In this document: positions 55,606 to 62,643 of the stretch, piece by piece
How positions within the stretch are numbered: the stretch's first letter is position 1
Layout: every line of letters begins with the position of its first letter
Virus record (IMG/VR): IMGVR_UViG_3300002920_000014
Location: 1-64,000 of that record
Source of the DNA: a virus
Strand: one strand, 5' to 3'
Length of the DNA stretch: 64,000 bases
Made by a program: the position numbers and the translations under genes
The notes under the pieces: generated by a model
The model's input: only the letters and a program-made list of their open reading frames with translations
Database searches by the model: none
What the model was told of the DNA's origin: nothing

Positions 55606-55800
55606 GCCAGCTGCTCCAGCAACGGCAGTCTCCAGCTGCTCCAGCAACGGCAGTCTCCAGCTGCTCCAGCAACGGCAGTCTCCAGCTGTTCCAACAACGG
55701 GCGTCGCCCGCTGTTCCAACAACGGGGGCGACTGCTCCAGCAACGGGGGCGACTGCTCCAGCAACGGCAGTCTCCAGCTGCTCCAGCAACGGGGGGCGAC
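55606..55800. repeat. eight tandem iteron-like repeats (21-25-nt period)
   Basis: The core GCTG(C/T)TCCA(G/A)CAACGG starts at 55610, 55635, 55660, 55685, 55710, ~55731, ~55752 and 55777. Confidence 0.9.
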
Positions 55801-55992
55801 TGCTTTTACCAGTCTTTAGGGGTGTATTCTTGTTCTGTTTTTTGTTGTGTGTACTGTCTGTTACTTTTTAAGTGTCAAGGCTATGTGTATATTACTAACA
55901 TATAGCTTTGTTACAATTATTATGGAATATTCCGAAATGTTTGAATCACGTTGTGACAAACGTATCGAGATTTTTTATGAATTTTTTAATTA

Positions 55993-56022
55993 TTGACTTT
56001 TGATACTAGTATGTGGTATAAT
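55993..56022 (+). promoter_or_regulatory. strong sigma70-like promoter (TTGACT-18 nt-TATAAT, TGG extended -10)
   Basis: The -35 is at 55993-55998 and the -10 at 56017-56022. It shares ATGTGGTATAATTAATTA with the promoter at 61822-61851. Confidence 0.65.
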
Positions 56023-56048
56023 TAATTAAATTTATATGGGGGGTTGTT

Positions 56049-56453
56049 ATGGGAAGACCAGCACTATCTTTGACGGACTATTTAAATCTTGCTAAAGACT
56101 GCAATCTTGAGTTTATTGGCCCTATGCCTGCTGATTCATCTGATAGTTCTCCTGCTTGGCGTTGTTTAATTACTGGTATTATTCAACATAAAAGTTATAA
56201 TGCAGTCAAAGCCACTTATCCTTATGGAAACCGATACCAAAAAGACTTTGAGAAGCAACTTGATAAATATCACTCTTTGGCTAAAAAACTTGGAATTACT
56301 TTTATTCATGAACCTGGTAAATTCCCTTATAATGTCAAAGTAGTTTGCTCCTGGTTAGGTCGTAATGGTAACATAGTACGTTGCTCTTATCACGATTTGG
56401 CGTACCAAACTATCCCTCGTCGACTTCTTGAGGAGCTTGGGATTGAAGACTGA
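56049..56453 (+). CDS. hypothetical protein
   Basis: 134-aa ORF with GGGGGG upstream. It is the first gene of the + strand block. Confidence 0.55.
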   Translation: MGRPALSLTDYLNLAKDCNLEFIGPMPADSSDSSPAWRCLITGIIQHKSYNAVKATYPYGNRYQKDFEKQLDKYHSLAKKLGITFIHEPGKFPYNVKVVCSWLGRNGNIVRCSYHDLAYQTIPRRLLEELGIED

Positions 56454-56850
56454 TTACACTGTTAGGCATATTAAGGGTTATACGTTTGAAGGCCCTTTAA
56501 TTGTATATAATGATGATCGGTTTGGTGGTTATTTTACTAAAACTACTGAAACTTGTATACTTTTTACTGAAAAATACCCAATTTACTTTATTTTTACTGA
56601 TCAAAACGGTAAAAAACACCAAAAAAGAGTAGCTTTTGGTCGTATATTTCAAGTAAAAGGGGGGTTTAGGTGTAATTTTACGTTTGATATTGAAGAAACT
56701 GATGAAGGTTTAAGGGCTAGTTTAAGTCTTTTAATTCGTAATAATTCTTTTGAGTTAAGCCCTATGACATCTCGTAACTTGATTGAAACTGCAAAAAGTG
56801 GTAGAATAATTAGATACCCTGTGATGGCTGTGTTGCTGTTTCGAGTTTAA
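56428..56850 (+). CDS. hypothetical protein
   Basis: 140-aa ORF that overlaps the upstream gene by 26 nt. The start is not certain. Confidence 0.45.
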   Translation: MRSLGLKTDYTVRHIKGYTFEGPLIVYNDDRFGGYFTKTTETCILFTEKYPIYFIFTDQNGKKHQKRVAFGRIFQVKGGFRCNFTFDIEETDEGLRASLSLLIRNNSFELSPMTSRNLIETAKSGRIIRYPVMAVLLFRV

Positions 56851-56859
56851 GGGGTGTAA

Positions 56860-57459
56860 ATGTCTACGACTAAAGCTGCTCGTTTGGCAAAAGTCAATTT
56901 AAAAAATGAAATACTTCGCTGTGCTACTATCGACGGGTTGTCTGTGCCGGCTATAGCGGATAGTTTGGGTATTTCGGAGACAGTTGTGAAGTCCGCTCTT
57001 GACGAGGCTCAACGACAAGCTGATTTACTTCATACTGATTTGGTTACCCGATATAAGATTCTTAATCTGAGTAGGTTAAATTCCTTGTATGAGGCTGTTG
57101 AACCTTACGCTCTTGGGGAGGTTGAGGTGTTGGGGGGTGCCCCAAGTCCACAGCACGCTAAGTTGGCTCTTGACATCATCAAGCAAGTAGATGCTATGTT
57201 GCCTAAATTAATCACCAAAGAAGACTCAGATGTTAAGAAGATGACGATTACTATCTCCAGAGATGACGATATCTATAAAGCGGCTAGTATGCACTTAGAC
57301 CCAGGTCTTCTTGTTCAGGTTCTTAAAGACAATTACGAAGTTGATTCTGCTTACATGCCTGAAATTAATACTCCCACTGTTGTAACTGATCCCTCTGTGT
57401 TCGGGGAAAGTTTTGAGCGATTACATAGTGCCATAGAGGATGATCTTAATGTCACTTAA
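56860..57459 (+). CDS. terminase small subunit candidate (HTH)
   Basis: N-terminal helix-turn-helix (GLSVPAIADSLGISETVVKSAL). It lies directly upstream of TerL and overlaps it. Confidence 0.55.
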   Translation: MSTTKAARLAKVNLKNEILRCATIDGLSVPAIADSLGISETVVKSALDEAQRQADLLHTDLVTRYKILNLSRLNSLYEAVEPYALGEVEVLGGAPSPQHAKLALDIIKQVDAMLPKLITKEDSDVKKMTITISRDDDIYKAASMHLDPGLLVQVLKDNYEVDSAYMPEINTPTVVTDPSVFGESFERLHSAIEDDLNVT

Positions 57460-58912
57460 AGCTGATGATGTTGAGAGTAAATTAATTGAGTTGGCTCGAT
57501 CATCCCCTTATTATTTTATTTGGTATGTATCAGGTCATCAACCTGCTACCCACCATGTTAAGTGGCTTAAGCTTTTGTTCTCTGAGGAACACACTCGCAT
57601 AAACATTGTTGCTCCTCGTGAGAGTGCCAAGACAACGATTCTTGTCTATTCTCTTCTTTGGTTGATGTCGATAAACCCCCTTTGGACTAATGCTATTGTT
57701 TCAGTTTCAAAAAGTCAAGCTCGTGAACGTTTAACTTTAATTCGCACTATTATTGAGACAAATCAGCGGTACAGGAATGTGTTTCCCCACATATTCATCG
57801 ACGAAAATCGTTCTTCAACTCAGGATACTTTTTCTCTTTGGGATAGCTCTTATCCAAGTTACGCTGCTTGGATGACAGAAGTTACTCAAAAGGGTTCATT
57901 AAAAGATCCCACACTGTTCGTTACCGGGGCTCTTGGTAAAGGTTTCATTGGTCGTCGTATTAGTGGATGGCTAGTTATGGATGACATTGTGGATGAGAGT
58001 TTGTCTAACCCCGCTGGTCAAGATAAGATGATGAGTTATATTATGACTACTCTCGAGCCTTGTATTAAAGCCAGTGGTAAAATCATTAACATCGGAACTC
58101 GTTGGATTATTAATGACGTATACGAGCGTTTGATGAACAACCCAAAGTGGACGAGTTCTGTAACAAGGGGCATAACTTACAACGAAGACGGTCAACCTGT
58201 GTCTTATTGGCCTGAGTTTTGGAGTCTTGAACGTTTGGAGGATAAACGGCGTATCATTAATGATGACCGTATTTTTGGCGTTATGTACTTGTGTGATGTT
58301 CATGCTAACGCTCTTGAACTTTTTAATTCTAAGACGGCTTCTAAAGACATACCTCATCCTTTGCCACCTTTTATTGGCGTATATGTGAGTACTGATTGGG
58401 CGACTTCTACTAAAGAACGCGCAGATTATACTGTGTTTGCTGCGTTAGGTGTTGATGCTCTTCACAATATTTATCTTTTGGATATGGAGCGCCGAAAAGA
58501 ACCTATTGATACCCTCATGGAATCTTTCTATGCTTTTGTTGATAGAACTTCGGCTCTGTACGGAAGATTGGATGCTGTTATTACCGAGAATGTAGCTTTC
58601 CAAAGTGTTATTTATGGCTTAGTTGCATCCGCCCGTCCTGACATACCTATAGTCGGTATTGTTCCTAAGGGAGATAAGACCCAGAGAGCGCGTGTTCTTG
58701 CTAATTATGCACTTAATGATAAGTTTTATGTTAATCAACGTATTGATCCTTATGTTCTCAAGGCGCTCAATGACGAGCTTGTCAATTTTGGTATCCATCC
58801 TCATGATGACACCGTGGATGCTTTGTCGCTTTTGTTTCAACACACAAAACTTATTTCAGTTGAGGCTAAAGTCGTTAAAGTTTTTCCTGGTAAACGACTA
58901 ACTCGTATTTGA
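57440..58912 (+). CDS. terminase large subunit
   Basis: The Walker A-like motif is VAPRESAKTT and Walker B is WLVMDDIVDE. The C-terminal RNase H-like nuclease acidic residues are seen in VSTDWATS and HPHDDTVDAL. Confidence 0.85.
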   Translation: MILMSLKADDVESKLIELARSSPYYFIWYVSGHQPATHHVKWLKLLFSEEHTRINIVAPRESAKTTILVYSLLWLMSINPLWTNAIVSVSKSQARERLTLIRTIIETNQRYRNVFPHIFIDENRSSTQDTFSLWDSSYPSYAAWMTEVTQKGSLKDPTLFVTGALGKGFIGRRISGWLVMDDIVDESLSNPAGQDKMMSYIMTTLEPCIKASGKIINIGTRWIINDVYERLMNNPKWTSSVTRGITYNEDGQPVSYWPEFWSLERLEDKRRIINDDRIFGVMYLCDVHANALELFNSKTASKDIPHPLPPFIGVYVSTDWATSTKERADYTVFAALGVDALHNIYLLDMERRKEPIDTLMESFYAFVDRTSALYGRLDAVITENVAFQSVIYGLVASARPDIPIVGIVPKGDKTQRARVLANYALNDKFYVNQRIDPYVLKALNDELVNFGIHPHDDTVDALSLLFQHTKLISVEAKVVKVFPGKRLTRI

Positions 58913-58937
58913 CAAAAGGGTTTCATACTGGTATGAT
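58909..58937 (+). promoter_or_regulatory. sigma70-like promoter (TTGACA-17 nt-TATGAT, TGG extended -10)
   Basis: The -35 overlaps the TerL stop codon. The -10 is at 58932-58937. Confidence 0.55.
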
Positions 58938-58957
58938 AGTATTGAAAGGATGGGACT

Positions 58958-59104
58958 GTGAATAACGTCCTGATACTTTTAATTGTGATATTTTTAGGTT
59001 TGTTTGTATCGTTTTGTTTGCATGTTTATGCTATGATGGTTTGGTATAAGAAACTTTTTCGAATAGTGTTAATGATTTTAAAGAGGGAAATGGATGATGA
59101 GTAA
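58958..59104 (+). CDS. possible 48-aa single-TM micro-protein (GTG start)
   Basis: AAGGATGGG is upstream of the GTG. There is a hydrophobic stretch (VLILLIVIFLGLFVSFCLHVYAMMVW). Confidence 0.3.
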   Translation: MNNVLILLIVIFLGLFVSFCLHVYAMMVWYKKLFRIVLMILKREMDDE

Positions 59105-60026
59105 CGAGTTAACGATTTTTCCTCCGCTTAAGTCTGATCAAATACGTGCTTGTGAGACCGTAGCTGAACAACGTGTAAGAGAGAAGTTGGGTCCAAAACC
59201 TACACTTGAAGCTTACACTAGTATGGTTTCTGAAAAAGCAAGTAGTCGTGCGATTCTTTCTACTTTGGTTACACCTATTGACTATTTTATGATTCCTTTG
59301 TTGATTGCTTTGTTCATGGTTAGTATGTCTCACATGATTACTTTTTCAGGTTCTATAGCAGATACTAGTTACCATGAGCAGGCTGATGGTTTTGCTGGTA
59401 TCTGGTTTTCACCGTTTGTTTGGGCTATCATAACTCAGTTTGGTTTTTTCTTCATGAGTGAAATTGGTATTATTTTTTTCTACAATCGTTACCGTCAAGT
59501 TGATGTTGATAGGTCTCGTTTTCGTAGTCCTAACTTTTGGATGTCTATTCTTTTTGCTGTGTTGACTTTCGTGGCTAATATTGTCTCGTTGCTTAATAAC
59601 GCAGAGGGGGTACTTAGTGTCGGTCTTGCGGTATTTGTTGGTGCTTTGGTTCCAGCTGCTACTCTTCTTATGGGGGATCGTTGGGCAGAGATTACCTTTG
59701 AGTTAGTTGAGTCTAAGAAGCGTTATGCTCAAGAGTTTAATGATGCTGTAGCTAAGTACCGTGCTGATCTTGATCGTTGGTCTCGAATTAATGAAGATCC
59801 TACTTTGTACTCTGTTGGAAATGGTAAAGATTCTTATCGTATTTATCTTGGCAAAGCCATTGTGGAATACTACAAACGTTATATTGTTACAACTCCGTCT
59901 TTTAAAAGTAGGCACGGTGAAGTTTCTTGGAATCCTAATCTTGAAGTTTCTCTTGCTGCTAGAGAGATAGCAAATTTATCGGTGTTTTCAGATTTAGATC
60001 AGGTGGTGGAAAATTTTTTATCTTGA
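59094..60026 (+). CDS. multi-pass membrane protein, function unknown
   Basis: 310 aa with about 5 hydrophobic helices. Confidence 0.55.
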   Translation: MMSNELTIFPPLKSDQIRACETVAEQRVREKLGPKPTLEAYTSMVSEKASSRAILSTLVTPIDYFMIPLLIALFMVSMSHMITFSGSIADTSYHEQADGFAGIWFSPFVWAIITQFGFFFMSEIGIIFFYNRYRQVDVDRSRFRSPNFWMSILFAVLTFVANIVSLLNNAEGVLSVGLAVFVGALVPAATLLMGDRWAEITFELVESKKRYAQEFNDAVAKYRADLDRWSRINEDPTLYSVGNGKDSYRIYLGKAIVEYYKRYIVTTPSFKSRHGEVSWNPNLEVSLAAREIANLSVFSDLDQVVENFLS

Positions 60027-60355
60027 GTAGGGTAAGATCTGATCGTTTGTTGGGCCTTATCCAAAAGTTGTTGAAAAACGAAACTGAACCTGAAACTGAA
60101 CCTGAAACTGAAACTGAACCTGAAACTGAACCTGAAACTGAACCTGAAACTGAAACTGAAACTGAACCTGAAACTGAAACTGAAACTGTAATTGAAACCG
60201 AACCTGAAACTGAACCTAAATTCAGAGGTAAAAAAGGTATAATATTACAGTACTTAACTGATCACTCAGAGTTATCAGGTAGTCAAGTAGCAAAACATTT
60301 CAATGTAACACCACAGTATGTTAATCGATTGAGGAAACTGTTGTTTGTTATATAA
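60023..60355 (+). CDS. ETEP-repeat protein with C-terminal HTH
   Basis: (E-T-E-P / E-T) repeats are followed by ILQYLTDHSELSGSQVAKHFNVTPQYVNRLRK. Confidence 0.55.
   Translation: MSRVRSDRLLGLIQKLLKNETEPETEPETETEPETEPETEPETETETEPETETETVIETEPETEPKFRGKKGIILQYLTDHSELSGSQVAKHFNVTPQYVNRLRKLLFVI
60080..60217 (+). repeat. coding hexanucleotide tandem repeat (GAAACT / GAACCT units)
   Basis: Read directly from the sequence. It encodes the Glu-Thr-Glu-Pro tract. Confidence 0.9.
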
Positions 60356-60435
60356 ACAATAGTATGGATTTAATTTATATTTATCTTTGGCAAGTGATTT
60401 TATTTATACAGATATTAATTTCGACTATTTTATTG

Positions 60436-60464
60436 TTGACATACTATTTTATGTGTTGTATGCT
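60436..60464 (+). promoter_or_regulatory. sigma70-like promoter (TTGACA-17 nt-TATGCT)
   Basis: The -35 is at 60436-60441 and the -10 at 60459-60464. It lies in the 350-nt AT-rich spacer before the Dam-like gene. Confidence 0.45.
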
Positions 60465-60708
60465 TAAGTGTGTGCGGCAGGAATAACGTTAATAACCTCT
60501 TTCAACTTACTGACATTATTTATCCTGCCGCAAATTACTTTATTATAAAAGTTGAAGAAAATAAAATATGGTTTTTTGAATACGGTGTTAATTTAGTGTC
60601 ATTTTGGTCGATTATTTTACTTACTGATGATTTTCAATTACTTATTTGATATCCAAAATTTAATTGGTATAGGGTATTTTTTATGTAAATTATTTTTAAG
60701 GGGTCAAA

Positions 60709-61662
60709 ATGATTAAACCACCATATACATACTTTGGCGGTAAACGACTTGTGGCTAAAGAAGTGTGGAGAAGATTTGGTGATACTTATGGTTTTATAGA
60801 CCCTTTTATGGGGTCTAATTCTATTCTTTTGTCTCGTCCTTTGGATCACAAGAGGGGTCATGAAATAGTTAATGATTCTGCAGGTATGATTACAAATTTT
60901 TGGAGGGCGGTTAAGTATGATCCATATCTTGTGTTTAAGTGGGCAAATTGGCCGGTTTTAGAAAGTCACATTCATGCTTGTCACTTGTATCTTCTTCAGC
61001 ATAAATTTAATCTTACTTCTAGGTTAGAAGCAGATCTTGAGTATTATGATGCTAAGATTGCTGGTATTTGGTTGTATGGGACTACTTTTTGGATGGGTCG
61101 GGGCTGGGTAACCGGTAAGGGTGGACCTTATAGAGTAGTTGGTAATAGACTTGTTAGAGATGGTGGTGGTAATAATTTTCCAAGTATAGTAAGACAAAAA
61201 CCTTCTACTAGTACGCATACTGTTAAGCTTAAAAGTTCTGATACGTTTTTTGAATACATTAAATTGCTTTCTGAGAGAATGAAAAACGTTATCGTTCTAT
61301 CTGGAGATTGGACTAGAGTGCTTGCTTCTTCTACTATACCGGCTTTGGATTCTAGACCTAAGTTATCTTCTATATTTCTTGATCCTCCATATATGGTTTA
61401 TAACCGACAAAAAGATTTGTATGATAAAGATGATAATAATGAGTTAGCAATTAGTGTTTATAGGTGGGCTTTAGAAAACGGCGATAATCCATACCTTCGT
61501 ATAGCACTGTGTGGTTATCAAGGACATTATGATATGCCGTCTTCTTGGACGCCTTATTACTGGAAAACTGGTGGTGGTTACAGTTCTGTTGGTAAATCAC
61601 AGCAGTCAAAAATTAATAGTACGAAAGAAGTTGTGTGGTTTAACCGTTCGTGTTTGTTGTGA
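60709..61662 (+). CDS. Dam-like N6-adenine DNA methyltransferase (D12 class)
   Basis: The N-terminal SAM-binding motif is YFGGKR and the catalytic motif DPPY is seen as FLDPPYMVY. Confidence 0.8.
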   Translation: MIKPPYTYFGGKRLVAKEVWRRFGDTYGFIDPFMGSNSILLSRPLDHKRGHEIVNDSAGMITNFWRAVKYDPYLVFKWANWPVLESHIHACHLYLLQHKFNLTSRLEADLEYYDAKIAGIWLYGTTFWMGRGWVTGKGGPYRVVGNRLVRDGGGNNFPSIVRQKPSTSTHTVKLKSSDTFFEYIKLLSERMKNVIVLSGDWTRVLASSTIPALDSRPKLSSIFLDPPYMVYNRQKDLYDKDDNNELAISVYRWALENGDNPYLRIALCGYQGHYDMPSSWTPYYWKTGGGYSSVGKSQQSKINSTKEVVWFNRSCLL

Positions 61663-61821
61663 TAAATTATGATTAATTTTGTAGCTACGTTTTTTAACTA
61701 TTTAAATAAAATAAATTAGTTTATTTTTTATTATTTATTGTTGTTTATTGTAGTTATTAATTTTATAGTTAAAGTTTGTAATTAGTATTGTTTGGTTTTA
61801 AGTTATAGTAATTTATCTGAC

Positions 61822-61851
61822 TTGACTCACATCGTATTAATGTGGTATAAT
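61822..61851 (+). promoter_or_regulatory. strong sigma70-like promoter (TTGACT-18 nt-TATAAT, TGG extended -10)
   Basis: The -35 is at 61822-61827 and the -10 at 61846-61851. Its architecture matches the promoter at 55993-56022. Confidence 0.65.
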
Positions 61852-61884
61852 TAATTATACCGTGTTTATACGATGAGATAAATT

Positions 61885-62643
61885 ATGGATCTTTTATCAG
61901 AAGTGCTTAACTATCTTTTGAAAAATGCCGGTAATATTACTATAGACGTTATTGCTATAATGTTAATGTTTATTATCGTTCTTCTTATGAGGACTTTTAG
62001 GCAGTCTGAAAAAGAAAACGCTATAAATGATATTCGCTATATGGATGAGCGAAAATCTTATGTTAGTATGATTAAAGATCAAATGACTTACCAAGATGCT
62101 AATATTAAGGCTTTGCAAGAAGTTGCTACTTCTATGAAACTTATGAACTCACAGATTGCTGTTATACCTAAAGAAACTTCTGATATGATTTCTGTTATGG
62201 TAAAAGAGGAAACATCTAATATTATTTCTTACATTCAAAGCGTATTTGATAAAGGTTTACCAATTAGATTAGGTGTGTTAATAGTTCGACCTAGTGGTAA
62301 CGTATCTTTCATAAATACTGAAGCTGTTCAGTTATTAGGTGTTTTAAAAGAAAATGTACAAAACGTCAATGTTTTTGATATTATGCAGGGTGCTGTTGAT
62401 ACAAACCGTAAAGTATTTAAAAGAGAAGATCTTCCTGTATCAAAAGCTATATTTTCTAAAGAGACTGTGTTTAATAAAATTGTTGGGTATCTTCACCCAA
62501 TTAAGAAAACACTTGTATGGCTTGCGCTTAATATAGTACCAAATGTTCAAGAAGATGGCAACGTGGCGTCAGCGGTTTGTATTTTCTTTGATGTTGGAGA
62601 TTTTATCCCTGTTTCTGAAACTATGCCCCTAACTCAGGAATGA
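61885..62643 (+). CDS. N-terminal TM helix plus PAS-like domain protein
   Basis: The TM helix is ITIDVIAIMLMFIIVLLM. The segment GVLIVRPSGNVSFINTEAVQLLGV...VFDIMQG resembles a PAS N-terminal cap and core, by eye only. Confidence 0.45.
   Translation: MDLLSEVLNYLLKNAGNITIDVIAIMLMFIIVLLMRTFRQSEKENAINDIRYMDERKSYVSMIKDQMTYQDANIKALQEVATSMKLMNSQIAVIPKETSDMISVMVKEETSNIISYIQSVFDKGLPIRLGVLIVRPSGNVSFINTEAVQLLGVLKENVQNVNVFDIMQGAVDTNRKVFKREDLPVSKAIFSKETVFNKIVGYLHPIKKTLVWLALNIVPNVQEDGNVASAVCIFFDVGDFIPVSETMPLTQE

Noticed and set aside
55606-55800. The tandem repeats read as a CRISPR array.
   Set aside because: The units are directly abutting with a 21-25-nt period and no unique spacers. No cas genes or leader are visible.
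53667-55871. ORFs 53667..53849(-), 53943..54230(-), 54687..54911(+), 54805..54996(+), 55005..55358(+), 55016..55309(-), 55448..55789(-) and 55584..55871(+).
   Set aside because: They translate GC-rich hairpins or tandem repeats (Gly/Ala/Pro/Arg-rich, periodic), have no SD, and overlap better-supported features. Long random ORFs are expected in GC-rich DNA.
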